Assembly: GCA_016208235.1 (NCBI GenBank)
Contig: JACQYN010000118.1
Coordinates: 11,891-75,890, forward strand
Source: Deltaproteobacteria bacterium
Lineage (GTDB): Bacteria; Desulfobacterota; Desulfobaccia; Desulfobaccales; 0-14-0-80-60-11
Length of the DNA stretch: 64,000 bases
Direction of reading: 5' to 3'
Shown piece after piece: positions 26,614 to 36,031 of this stretch. The notes beneath the pieces were generated by a model. It saw nothing but the letters and a program-made list of their open reading frames with translations, was not told where the DNA came from and made no database searches. The position numbers and the translations under genes were made by a program. Position 1 is the first letter of the stretch, and each line of letters begins with the position of its first letter.

Positions 26614-27315
26614 TTAAGGGCATGATCGAAAAACATTATTCAAATAATTGATAATCTCCTCCGGCCGGTTGGTGCAGATGGCTTCCAGGTTCATACTCAG
26701 GTAAGGTTCCAGGGCTGCGGGATCGTCGATATTCCAGACGATGACCTTAAGCCCTTGCTGATGGGCGAGATCGGCCAGTTCCCGATTGACGTAACGATAG
26801 TTCAGGACCAGGGTGTCGGTGAGCGCGGCCCGGGCCAGGCCCCCGGGGTCGGCGGGGCAGCCCACCATGAGCGCGCCGGTGCGGAGCCTGGGTTCCTCTT
26901 CCTTAAGGGCCTTGACAGCCGGGTGCCAGAAAGAGATGGCGCGAACGTCCTCGAAAAGCAGGCGTTCCCGGCACAGGCGCAGGAGCGCGGGCGCGGCCTC
27001 AGGTTGTTTCAGTTCCACCAGCAGTTGCCCCCGGCCCCGGACCAGTTCCACCACTTCTTCCAGGGCGGGGATGCGCTCGCCTTGGCCCGTATCGAGTCTT
27101 TGCAGTTCCGCCAGGGTAAAGTCTTTCACCCAGCCCCGGCCATTGGTGGTGCGGTCCACGGTCTCATCGTGGATCACCGCTAAACGGCCATCTTTGGTCA
27201 TTTGCACGTCCAGCTCTACCGCGGCCGCGCCCGCGTCCAGGGCCCGCCGGAAGGAGCGCAGGGTGTTTTCCGGCTCAGACGCGGCCGCGCCCCGATGACC
27301 TATGATATTAACCAT
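26614..27315 (-). CDS. ugpQ: glycerophosphodiester phosphodiesterase
   Basis: IIGHRGAAASEPENTLRSF, ELDVQMTKDG and VIHDETVDRTT motifs of the GDPD family. Confidence 0.9.
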   Translation of the reverse strand: MVNIIGHRGAAASEPENTLRSFRRALDAGAAAVELDVQMTKDGRLAVIHDETVDRTTNGRGWVKDFTLAELQRLDTGQGERIPALEEVVELVRGRGQLLVELKQPEAAPALLRLCRERLLFEDVRAISFWHPAVKALKEEEPRLRTGALMVGCPADPGGLARAALTDTLVLNYRYVNRELADLAHQQGLKVIVWNIDDPAALEPYLSMNLEAICTNRPEEIINYLNNVFRSCP

Positions 27316-27524
27316 TGGATCTCCGGTGGTTGGGGGAGGAGGCTAAAAAGTTGTCAGTGGTCAGTGGTGCCGTCCACGTTTTTTCGTTTATAACTGGCAA
27401 CTGACTACTGTTTTACCCCCTCTCCACGCTTCCCATCTTTAATACTTACGATCCCTTGTGGAACCGATATGATATTGTTCATATATTAGAAGAAACATGG
27501 GAAACTGGCAAGGAGGAGGGTAAG

Positions 27525-27932
27525 GTGAACTGGCTGGTATTTTCCTTGATTGCCTTGGGTTTGTGGGGGGCGTGGGGTTTTCTGAGCAAAGTGGCCACCC
27601 AACAGTTGCCGCCCCAGGCCGTTTATCTTCTGGCCATTTGCGGCCACGTGGTGGTTGCCGCTTATTTATGGCTGGGTGGGGGTTTGACCCTCCCCGGCCA
27701 CCTCTGGGGCATAGCCGCGGCCCTGGCCGCGGGCATCTGCATGGCCTTCGGCCTGCTGTGCTTCTTCAAGGCCCTGGCCGCAGGGGCCGCCACCGTGGTG
27801 GTACCCCTCACCGCGCTTTATCCCCTGGTGACGGTAATCCTGAGTTGGGCCCTTCTCCGGGAAAGCCTGTCTCCCCGGCACCTGGCCGGCATCGCCCTGG
27901 CCCTGCTGGCGGGTTGGCTCCTGTCCAAATAA
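27525..27932 (+). CDS. small EamA/DMT-like membrane transporter
   Basis: GTG at 27525 preceded by AGGAGGAGGG (27511-20). About four TM helices. Single EamA-like repeat pattern. Confidence 0.65.
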   Translation: MNWLVFSLIALGLWGAWGFLSKVATQQLPPQAVYLLAICGHVVVAAYLWLGGGLTLPGHLWGIAAALAAGICMAFGLLCFFKALAAGAATVVVPLTALYPLVTVILSWALLRESLSPRHLAGIALALLAGWLLSK

Positions 27933-28101
27933 GCCCCACAAGCCTGAAACACACGCAAAACAAGATAATTGTCTTGATAATAGTTTACAATAAATAAAAT
28001 AATGTTTATCTTTGATGCCAAAGAACCCATAAACTCGGAATTAACGTGCTGGAAAATAAAACAATTACTTTCTCTTCAACCACGGCGATGTAGGACCGAC
28101 C

Positions 28102-31100
28102 ATGGGGAATAGAGAAGACATGCTGCGCGACGGCGGAAGAGACTTATTCGGGCGGTTCTTCAACTTGTCCCTGGACATGTTGTGCATTGCAGGATTTGAC
28201 GGCTCTTTTAAGAAAGTCAATCCCGCCATGATCAAGACCCTCGGCTGGACGGAAGAGGAGCTGTTTAGCAGGCCTTGGATCGAATTTGTCCAACCTGAGG
28301 ATCGCCAATTAACGAAGGCTGCCTGGGGAAAACTGAGGGCAGGGGAAAAGGTATTTCATTTTGAAAACCGGTATCAAGGTAAAGATGGCTCTTATCGGTG
28401 GTTTTCCTGGAACCCGATGCCGGTGCCGGAACAAGAACTGATCTTTGCTGTAGTCCGGGACATAACCAAGCAGAAGCAGATGGAGGAGGAACTGCACCGG
28501 TATCGCCTCGACCTGGAGAAGCAGGTCCAGGAGCGCACCGCGGTGTTGGCGGGGATCAACCGCATCTTCCGGGAAGCTCCATTCTGCGTGACCGAGGAAC
28601 AATTGGGCCACGTCTGTCTGGCCGCGGCCCAAAAACTGACTGGGAGCAAGTTCGGTTATATGGGCGAATTGGATCAGGCCGGAAATTTCAAGACCATTGC
28701 CGTTAGTAACCCGAGAGCGTCCGCCTCTGAGATGCCGGTACCGGAGGCGTGGCAATTTTGGAAATATATGGAAGTGCGCGGTCTGCACAGCCGGGTCATG
28801 GAGGGTGGAGAAGTTCTTATCTTTAACGACCCGGCCTCCCACCCCGAATGGATGGAGCCTCCCAAAGGCCATCCGGCCATTACTTCCTTCCTGGGGGTGC
28901 CGTTAAAACATGCCGGCCAAACCTTCGGCATGATGGGTTTGGTCAATAGGAAAGGGGGTTACGACCAGCGTAATCAAGAAGATATGAGGGTCTTGGCCAT
29001 ATCAGTGGTGGAAGCATTGATACGGAAAAGGGCCGAAGGGAAGCTGGCACAGCTCCGCCGGCATCACGAGCTCATCTTGTCTTCGGCCTCGGAAGGAATC
29101 CTGGGGCTTGACCTTGACGGGAACATGATCTTTGTGAACCCCGCGGCCGCGGCCATGCTGGGTTATGAAGTCGAGGAGCTGATCGGCCGGCATGCTCATA
29201 CTGTCTGGCACCATACCAAACCCGACGGCCGTCCCTACCCGCCGGAAGAATGTCGTTTCCTGGAGACACTGAAGGCAGGGATCCCTGTTCCCCTCGAAGA
29301 TGATTTCTTTTGGAGAAAAGACGGCACCGGGTTCCCGGTGATTTGCAGCAGAAATCCCATCATCCAGAACGACCAAATCTCTGGAGAGGTTGTCACCTTC
29401 CAGGACATCTCCAAGCGGAAGCAGATGGAAGAGGCGCTGCGGAAAAGCGAGGAGATCTATCGCCAAATTGTGGAAACCGCGTTGGAAGGCATTTGGACCA
29501 TTGACGCGGACAATAGGGTGACCTTCGCCAATAGCCGAATATTGGAAATGTTAGCTTACTCCCTGGACGAGGTGATGGGGGAACCCATATCAAAGTTCAT
29601 GGACCAGGAATGGGCGGCGGTGGCCATCACCACCATCAACGAGCGTCTCCGGAAAGGCCTAAGAGAACAGCTTGATTTGAAGCTCCGCTGCAAGGAAGGC
29701 CTGGAGTTATGGGTAATATTGACTGCCAGCCCCATCTTCGACCAGGAGGGGCGATACGCCGGAGCCCTGGGGATGGTCACCGACATCACCGCCCGCAAGC
29801 AGGCAGAGGAGGAGATTGCCCGCCTGGCGACCTTCCCTCAGTTAAATCCTAACCCCATACTGGAAGTGGACAACCAGGGCAACATCACCTTTGCCAACCC
29901 CGCAGCCCATGAGCTTGCCCAAAAATTGGACCTCCCGGACCTCCAGGCTTTCTTGCCCGCCGACCTGGAGAAGATTCTCCGTTCCGCCCAGGAAGTCAGG
30001 GAAAGGCAGTTTCGGTGTGAAAAGCACTTAAAGGAGGGGGTTTTTGCGATATATACTTCTTTAGTCCCCCAGTTCCAGGTAGCCCGCTTATTCTTCCTGG
30101 ATATCACTGAACGAAGACGAGCGGAGGAAGCAATCCGGCAGAGTGAGGAGAAGTTTCGCCGCACTTTTGACCAGTCCCCCATCGGCGCGGCCATGGTGGG
30201 CCTGGATTTTCACTATCAGCGGGTCAACGCCGAGTTATGCCGCATCACGGGGTACTCCGACGAGGAACTGACCGCCCGCACCTTTGTGGACATCACCCAT
30301 CCCGATGATGTGACCCTGGATGTGAAGCTGGCGCGGCGCCTGGCTGCCGGCAAAATCGACCATTACTCCCTGGAAAAGCGCTACCTCCGCAAGGACGGCA
30401 GCACTGTCTGGGTCCGTCTTTCGACGCGCCTGATAAGAGACGCCGCCGGGAAACCCCTCTACTACCTGCCCATGATACAAGACATCTCCGCCCACAAACG
30501 GGCGGAGGAGACCCTCCGGCAAAGTTTCAACCGATTGCAGAAGGTCCTGGGAGATATCGTCCGGGCCATGGCCCTGATTGTGGAGGTCAGGGACCCTTAT
30601 ACCGCGGGCCACCAACGTCGGGTGACCCAATTGGCCCAGGCGATTGCCTGGGAAATGGGTCTGCCCAAAGAGCAACAGGAGGCGGTCTGGTGTGCCGGGA
30701 ATCTCCACGACCTGGGAAAGGTCTTTGTGCCCGAAGCCATCCTCAGCAGGTCGGGGGAGCTGTCTGATATCGAGTCTGCCATGGTTAAGACTCACTGCCA
30801 GAAAGGATATGAAATCCTGCAGTCCATAGAGTTTCCCTGGCCGGTGGCCAATATAGTCCGACAACATCACGAAAGGCTGAATGGTTCCGGTTATCCGGAC
30901 GGTTTGCAGGGCGAGGAGATTTTACTGGAGGCCAGAATCCTGGGGGTGGCGGACGTGGTGGAAGCCATGGCTTCCCACCGGCCTTACCGGCCGGCCTTGG
31001 GGATAAACGAGGCCTTGACGGAAATCCATCGAAACAGGGAAATCCTTTTTGACCCTGAGGTGGTAGATGCATGCTTAAGGGTCTTCAAAGAGAACGCCTT

Positions 31101-31113
31101 CACCTTTGAGTAG
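28102..31113 (+). CDS. multi-PAS/GAF sensor with C-terminal HD-GYP domain (likely c-di-GMP phosphodiesterase)
   Basis: 1003 aa. Several PAS/PAC units (..DITKQKQMEE.., ..DISKRKQMEE.., ..DITARKQAEE.., ..DITERRRAEE.., ..DISAHKRAEE..), a GAF-like segment, and a C-terminal HDLGK...HHERLNGSGYPDG motif. Confidence 0.9.
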   Translation: MGNREDMLRDGGRDLFGRFFNLSLDMLCIAGFDGSFKKVNPAMIKTLGWTEEELFSRPWIEFVQPEDRQLTKAAWGKLRAGEKVFHFENRYQGKDGSYRWFSWNPMPVPEQELIFAVVRDITKQKQMEEELHRYRLDLEKQVQERTAVLAGINRIFREAPFCVTEEQLGHVCLAAAQKLTGSKFGYMGELDQAGNFKTIAVSNPRASASEMPVPEAWQFWKYMEVRGLHSRVMEGGEVLIFNDPASHPEWMEPPKGHPAITSFLGVPLKHAGQTFGMMGLVNRKGGYDQRNQEDMRVLAISVVEALIRKRAEGKLAQLRRHHELILSSASEGILGLDLDGNMIFVNPAAAAMLGYEVEELIGRHAHTVWHHTKPDGRPYPPEECRFLETLKAGIPVPLEDDFFWRKDGTGFPVICSRNPIIQNDQISGEVVTFQDISKRKQMEEALRKSEEIYRQIVETALEGIWTIDADNRVTFANSRILEMLAYSLDEVMGEPISKFMDQEWAAVAITTINERLRKGLREQLDLKLRCKEGLELWVILTASPIFDQEGRYAGALGMVTDITARKQAEEEIARLATFPQLNPNPILEVDNQGNITFANPAAHELAQKLDLPDLQAFLPADLEKILRSAQEVRERQFRCEKHLKEGVFAIYTSLVPQFQVARLFFLDITERRRAEEAIRQSEEKFRRTFDQSPIGAAMVGLDFHYQRVNAELCRITGYSDEELTARTFVDITHPDDVTLDVKLARRLAAGKIDHYSLEKRYLRKDGSTVWVRLSTRLIRDAAGKPLYYLPMIQDISAHKRAEETLRQSFNRLQKVLGDIVRAMALIVEVRDPYTAGHQRRVTQLAQAIAWEMGLPKEQQEAVWCAGNLHDLGKVFVPEAILSRSGELSDIESAMVKTHCQKGYEILQSIEFPWPVANIVRQHHERLNGSGYPDGLQGEEILLEARILGVADVVEAMASHRPYRPALGINEALTEIHRNREILFDPEVVDACLRVFKENAFTFE

Positions 31114-31141
31114 ATAACCCCACACTCTGTTTTCTGTTATA

Positions 31142-31435
31142 ATGCAATCATGCCCCCCAGCCTTTGTGGAACTTGGCACTTTGATGACCCTGGCATATCT
31201 AGGTTTGATTACTCTGATTATAATTAAATATTGCAGGAAGTTACGGCCGGTTGCTCAATCTCCCCCAGTGGATTTATACCGCCTCCTGGTTCCCATTGGG
31301 TTCGCCGTTCACTCCATGACTTATGATTCCTTGCTTTTTCCCTCGATAAGCTGGCTTTTCCATGTGCAGATGGGAGTTCTCGCAGGATATTCTTTTACAA
31401 CCGGCTGCATTCACGGCCAACCGGTGAATACTTAG
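31142..31435 (+). CDS. hypothetical membrane protein or remnant of a larger membrane protein gene
   Basis: 97-aa ORF in a lower-GC patch. The hydrophobic segments vaguely resemble the C-terminal end of O-antigen-ligase-like proteins. No Shine-Dalgarno seen. Confidence 0.25.
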   Translation: MQSCPPAFVELGTLMTLAYLGLITLIIIKYCRKLRPVAQSPPVDLYRLLVPIGFAVHSMTYDSLLFPSISWLFHVQMGVLAGYSFTTGCIHGQPVNT

Positions 31436-31445
31436 CTTCCCAGGA

Positions 31446-31907
31446 ATGAATATGGAAACCCAGGCGCCGTCAAAACCCCGGCGGGAAGTGCGCATCCTGG
31501 CCCTGGACGTGGGCCAGAAACGCATCGGCCTGGCGGTGAGCGACCCTTTGGGCATCACCGCCCAGGGCCTGGAAGTCCTTATCCGTAAGGACCCCGAAAC
31601 CGATCTAGCCCGGCTCCTGGAAGTGGCCCGGGAATGGCACGTCCAGGAAATCTTGGTGGGCCTCCCCCGCCACCTGGACGGCCGCGAAGCCAAGCAGGCC
31701 GGGGCTATCATGGATTTGGCCCAGGCCCTGGGAGAGGCTCTGGGCGTGCCGGTGACCCCCTGGGACGAACGGCTCACCACCGTGGAGGCGGAGCGCGTCC
31801 TCCTCCAGGCGGATTTGAGCCGCCGCCGCCGGCGCCGGGTGGTGGATCAGGTGGCGGCCGTCCTCATTCTGCAATCCTACCTGGAATACCGTAACCTCTC
31901 CAAATAA
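31446..31907 (+). CDS. ruvX: Holliday junction resolvase-like nuclease YqgF/RuvX
   Basis: ILALDVGQKRIGLAVSD, ILVGLPRHLDG and DERLTTVEAE motifs. Confidence 0.9.
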   Translation: MNMETQAPSKPRREVRILALDVGQKRIGLAVSDPLGITAQGLEVLIRKDPETDLARLLEVAREWHVQEILVGLPRHLDGREAKQAGAIMDLAQALGEALGVPVTPWDERLTTVEAERVLLQADLSRRRRRRVVDQVAAVLILQSYLEYRNLSK

Positions 31908-31987
31908 AATCCCCCCTCAAACCTTCTTTAATCCGGCCAAATCAGCGTTTAATGGTTTGTGAAAATTTTCTTTTTAATCTTTTTTCC

Positions 31988-32017
31988 TTGACACTTCCCT
32001 AGGAAAGGGCGTATTTT
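31988..32017 (+). promoter_or_regulatory. candidate sigma-70 promoter of the dcw cluster (Pmra-like)
   Basis: TTGACA at 31988-31993 and TATTTT at 32012-32017 with an 18-nt spacer, about 50 nt upstream of the mraZ ATG. Confidence 0.55.
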
Positions 32018-32025
32018 GACTACCA

Positions 32026-32050
32026 GTGGGAAAAAGTGGGATACTGTGGG
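32026..32050 (+). promoter_or_regulatory. three GTGGG direct repeats with exact 10-nt period (candidate MraZ operator)
   Basis: GTGGG at 32026-30, 32036-40 and 32046-50, immediately downstream of the -10 box. E. coli MraZ binds repeated TGGGN boxes in Pmra. Confidence 0.65.
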
Positions 32051-32065
32051 AAATGGTAGGGTCAG

Positions 32066-32500
32066 ATGTTCACCGGTAGCTACTTTCACCTCCTGGATAA
32101 CAAAGGCAGGGTCAGCATTTCACCCCGCTACCGGGAAATTTTGCAGGAGCGCCAGGATCGCGTCCTCATCATCACCAATTACGACGGTTATATTCTCGCT
32201 TTTCCCCAATCCGAATGGGTGAAGGTCGAGGCCAGGCTGGCGGAGCAGTCCACCTTGCGGAAGGAAGTGCGCGCGGTGCAACGGTTTCTCATCTCCGGCG
32301 TCCAGGAATGTCCCCTGGACCGCCAGGGACGGATCTTGATCGGCCCTTATCTCCGGGATTATGCCAAGCTTTCCCGGGAAGTGGCCCTGGTGGGGATGAT
32401 CCGCTGTTTTGAAATCTGGGACCGGCCCACTTATGAGGCGCACCGGAAGCAGTTAGAGGCTTCGATTAACGAAGAGGTACTCCACGAATTACTGATCTGA
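32066..32500 (+). CDS. mraZ: transcriptional regulator MraZ
   Basis: MFTGSYFHLLDNKGRVSISPRYR N-terminus, duplicated SpoVT/AbrB-like halves, first gene of the dcw cluster. Confidence 0.95.
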   Translation: MFTGSYFHLLDNKGRVSISPRYREILQERQDRVLIITNYDGYILAFPQSEWVKVEARLAEQSTLRKEVRAVQRFLISGVQECPLDRQGRILIGPYLRDYAKLSREVALVGMIRCFEIWDRPTYEAHRKQLEASINEEVLHELLI

Positions 32501-32517
32501 ACCAAGACCACTACCCG

Positions 32518-33447
32518 GTGCATGAACCGGTGATGGTAACGGAGGTGTTGGTGGGCCTCGATTGCCGGCCAGGCCGCGTGTACGTAGATGGCACCGTAGG
32601 TGAGGGGGGGCATGCTGCGGCCATCCTTAATCGTACCGCCCCGGACGGAAAGCTCTGGGGCCTGGACCGAGACCCGGCGGTCCTCAAGGCCGCGGCCGTG
32701 CGGCTGGCCCCCTACACCTCCAGATTTCGTCTGTTCCATTGTTCTTATGCCCAATTGGGGGAGATTCTCGAAGAAGCCGGGGAACCGGCGGTGGCCGGCA
32801 TCCTCCTGGACCTGGGGCTATCCCTCCATCAGTTGCAGCGCTCCGGTCGGGGCTTCAGTTTCCAGAAGGATGAGCCCCTGGATATGCGGTTTAACCCGGA
32901 AAAACCCGGAAAAACCGCGGCGGACATCCTCAACAGCGCCACTCCGGCAGCCCTGGAAAAAATCTTTGCCGAGTATGGCGAGGAACCGCGTGCCCGGCGT
33001 ATCACCCGCCTGGTGATGGAAGCCAGGCGGCAGCATCCTTTCCGGTCTACCCAGCAGTTGGTAACACTCGTACAGCAGGCCCAGGGACCCGGGCGGCGGC
33101 GGGGGGAGCGTCATCCCGCCACCCGGGTCTTCCAGGCCTTGCGGATTGCGGTAAACCGGGAACTGGAGGAACTGGCCCTGTTTCTGGGGGAGGTCCCGGG
33201 TTGGCTGGCGCCGGGGGGGCGCCTGGTGGTCATCTCCTATCACTCCCTGGAGGACCGGATGGTGAAGCAAAAGCTGCGGGCCTGGGAACAGTCCGGACTG
33301 ATGCGCCGCCTCACCCGGAAGCCCCTGGCCCCCTCCGGGGAGGAAGTACAGCGGAACCCCCGGGCCCGGAGCGCCAAATTGCGGGTGGCCGAAAAGGTTG
33401 GTGAGCAGTCGGTGAGCAAAGGAGAAATGGTATGGCCAGACATGTAA
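32518..33447 (+). CDS. rsmH: 16S rRNA m4C1402 methyltransferase
   Basis: HEPVMVTEVL, DGTVGEGGH, LLDLGLS and SYHSLEDR motifs. Confidence 0.95.
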   Translation: MHEPVMVTEVLVGLDCRPGRVYVDGTVGEGGHAAAILNRTAPDGKLWGLDRDPAVLKAAAVRLAPYTSRFRLFHCSYAQLGEILEEAGEPAVAGILLDLGLSLHQLQRSGRGFSFQKDEPLDMRFNPEKPGKTAADILNSATPAALEKIFAEYGEEPRARRITRLVMEARRQHPFRSTQQLVTLVQQAQGPGRRRGERHPATRVFQALRIAVNRELEELALFLGEVPGWLAPGGRLVVISYHSLEDRMVKQKLRAWEQSGLMRRLTRKPLAPSGEEVQRNPRARSAKLRVAEKVGEQSVSKGEMVWPDM

Positions 33448-33788
33448 CCCTCCGATTAAGCAGCGTCGAACAGCTCTTTCTCTCCCGTAACCGGAAGGTG
33501 GCCGTCCAATCCTCCCGGTGGGGGAAAACCGGGGTGTGGGTCCTGGTCCTGGTGGCCGCGGGGTTCATCATCTCCTCCGCGGTCTGGGCCTGGGCCAATC
33601 TCCAGCAGACCAACCTGAACTACCAGATCTCCCAGGCTCAAGAAACCCAAAAACAATACCTGGAGCTGAATCGCAAACTTCGCATCGAACTTTCCAACTT
33701 GACCTCCATCTCCCGTCTGGAGAGGTTAGCGGTGGAACAATTCGGCATGGGTCCGCCGCAACCTAGCCAGGTCGTGCGGCTGCCATGA
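33432..33788 (+). CDS. ftsL: cell division protein FtsL-like
   Basis: 118 aa. Single TM helix, coiled coil, and a C-terminal RLERLAVEQFGMGPP motif. Lies between rsmH and ftsI with overlaps at both ends. Confidence 0.75.
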   Translation: MARHVTLRLSSVEQLFLSRNRKVAVQSSRWGKTGVWVLVLVAAGFIISSAVWAWANLQQTNLNYQISQAQETQKQYLELNRKLRIELSNLTSISRLERLAVEQFGMGPPQPSQVVRLP

Positions 33789-35851
33789 CGCCGGGCCTCG
33801 ACAAATGGACCCGTCTGCGCATCGTCCTGGTAGGTTTGGGCTTGGTCTGTTTGGGTCTGTGGCTCGTGGGCAGATTTTTTCATTTGCAGATCATCCGGGG
33901 CCCCCAACTCCGGGAAGAGGCCAGCCGGGAAGTTCAGAAACTTTGCCCCGTTCTGCCGGTGCGGGGCCAGATCCTGGACCGCCGGGGCAACGAGTTGGCC
34001 ATCAGCACCAGGGTCTCTTCCCTGGTGGCCCATCCTCCCCAGATCAAAAATGCGCCTCGTCTCAGCCGGGAACTGGCCCCGGTTCTAGGGTTCAAGGTCC
34101 GGGAACTACAGCAGATCCTGACCCGGGCCAAACCCTTTGTCTGGGTGAAGCGCCACCTGACCCCGGAAAAAGAAGAAGCCTTCCGCGCCTGGCAGGCCGC
34201 GGCGGAGAAGGCCGCGTCCCGGCAAAAAATCACCGGCCGCCGGGATATTGACGCCATTTACCTTATCCCCGAGGCCTTCCGTTATTATCCCCAACTTTCC
34301 CTGGCCGGCCCGGTCCTGGGGTTCTGCAACCTGGACGGCCAGGGACTGGAAGGGCTGGAACTGCAGTACGAAAACTACCTCTATGGCAAGCCCAAAATGT
34401 GCGTGAAGATGCTGGACGCCCGGGGCCGGATCGTGGTCACCGGAGAAAAGGCCTGGGACCCGGAGGTCATCGGCAACAACGTGGTCCTTACCCTGGACAG
34501 CACCCTGCAATATATCGCGGAGAAGGAATTGAACCGGGGAGTGGCCCATTGGAAAGCCGCCGGGGGCCTGGCCCTGGTGGTTAAGCCCCAGACCGGGGAG
34601 ATTCTGGCCCTGGCCCAGCATCCCGCGGTGGACCCCAACCGCTATGCCCAGTATCCTGAGGAAAACCGCCGGATTCGCCATTTCACTCATGCCTTGGAGC
34701 CGGGTTCCACTTTCAAGGTGTTTATAGCCGCCGCGGCCCTGGATGCCCAGGTGGTGAAGGCCGGTGACCGCTTCAACTGCGAAATGGGCGAATGGCGCCT
34801 GGGGGCCAAGGAAGTGATCCATGACGCCCACCCTTACGGTACCCTGACGGTGCAGCAGATTATCCAGAAGTCCAGCAACATCGGAACCGCGAAAATCGCC
34901 AACCGTACCGGCGGACCTCGCCTGGATCAATATCTCCGGGCCTTCGGCTTCGGCAGACGCACCGGTATTCTCTTTCCCGGAGAAAACGCCGGGATTCTGA
35001 AAAATCTGCGCACGACCCGCTCGCTCATTGACCGGGCTACCCTGGCTTTCGGCCAGGGGGTCTCCGTCACCCCCCTACAGTTGACCATGGCCCTGGCGGC
35101 CATGGGTAATGACGGGGTCCTCATGAAGCCCATGCTGGTCAAAGAGATCGTCAGTCCCCAGGGAAAGGTGGTAAAAGAATTTCAGCCCCAGTCCACCTGT
35201 CGGGTTATTTCCTCCGGTACGGCCCAACTGATGCTAAACATTATGCAAACCGTGACCCAGACCGGCGGCACGGCCAAGGAGGCCGTCCCTCCCGGCTTTA
35301 CTGTGGCCGGCAAGACCGGCACGGCCCAAAAGCTGGTGGGCCGGTCTTATTCCCACAGCAAATATCAGGCTCTATTCATGGGGCTGACACCGGCCCAGAA
35401 GCCGGCCTTGGCCATTGCCGTGATCATTGATGAACCCAAAGGCGCAATTTACGGAGGGGTGGTGGCCGCCCCCATTTTCCGGGAAATCGCGGCCCAATCC
35501 TTGCGCTTCCTGGGGTATTATCCCCAAGGTAACGAAAACAATACGGTGCTGGCTGGATTGCTGCCCACCCCGGCCGCGGCCCAACCCCCGCCCGAGGCCA
35601 AACTCCGGGCCCCGAAGGCCGCGGCGCCGCCGAAACCTTTGACAGTACGAGAGGCGGCCCCGAAAAAGCCTTTGCAGGTGATGCCGGATTTGAGCGGATT
35701 GACCATCCGCCAGGCATTGGACCTGCTGCACCGTTCCGGATTGCATTGTCGCTTTGAGGGCAGCGGCCGGGCCGTCAGCCAGGAGCCGGCCCCCGGAACC
35801 TCCCTCACCCCTGGCGCCACCTGTTTGGTGAGATTCCGCTCCCAGCCCTGA
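33785..35851 (+). CDS. ftsI: penicillin-binding protein 3 (FtsI) with C-terminal PASTA domain
   Basis: Transpeptidase motifs STFK, SSN and KTGTA. The C-terminal ~60 aa (MPDLSGLTIRQALDLLHRSGLHCRFEGSGRAVSQEPAPG) look like a PASTA domain. Confidence 0.9.
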   Translation: MTPGLDKWTRLRIVLVGLGLVCLGLWLVGRFFHLQIIRGPQLREEASREVQKLCPVLPVRGQILDRRGNELAISTRVSSLVAHPPQIKNAPRLSRELAPVLGFKVRELQQILTRAKPFVWVKRHLTPEKEEAFRAWQAAAEKAASRQKITGRRDIDAIYLIPEAFRYYPQLSLAGPVLGFCNLDGQGLEGLELQYENYLYGKPKMCVKMLDARGRIVVTGEKAWDPEVIGNNVVLTLDSTLQYIAEKELNRGVAHWKAAGGLALVVKPQTGEILALAQHPAVDPNRYAQYPEENRRIRHFTHALEPGSTFKVFIAAAALDAQVVKAGDRFNCEMGEWRLGAKEVIHDAHPYGTLTVQQIIQKSSNIGTAKIANRTGGPRLDQYLRAFGFGRRTGILFPGENAGILKNLRTTRSLIDRATLAFGQGVSVTPLQLTMALAAMGNDGVLMKPMLVKEIVSPQGKVVKEFQPQSTCRVISSGTAQLMLNIMQTVTQTGGTAKEAVPPGFTVAGKTGTAQKLVGRSYSHSKYQALFMGLTPAQKPALAIAVIIDEPKGAIYGGVVAAPIFREIAAQSLRFLGYYPQGNENNTVLAGLLPTPAAAQPPPEAKLRAPKAAAPPKPLTVREAAPKKPLQVMPDLSGLTIRQALDLLHRSGLHCRFEGSGRAVSQEPAPGTSLTPGATCLVRFRSQP

Positions 35852-36031
35852 ACCCCTGGGCTGCCGGGAATGCGTCTTGCGAAGGGTTTAAAGTTTTTAT
35901 AGGATTATTATGAAAGCCGGTTGAGAAACCATACCCGCCATCATTTTCAACCTCGGTGGAGTAAGTCCGGGAAAGAAAATATCTCCCCGGCCTTCAACCT
36001 CCACCAGCCGATACAAGGACCGGTACGGAGA

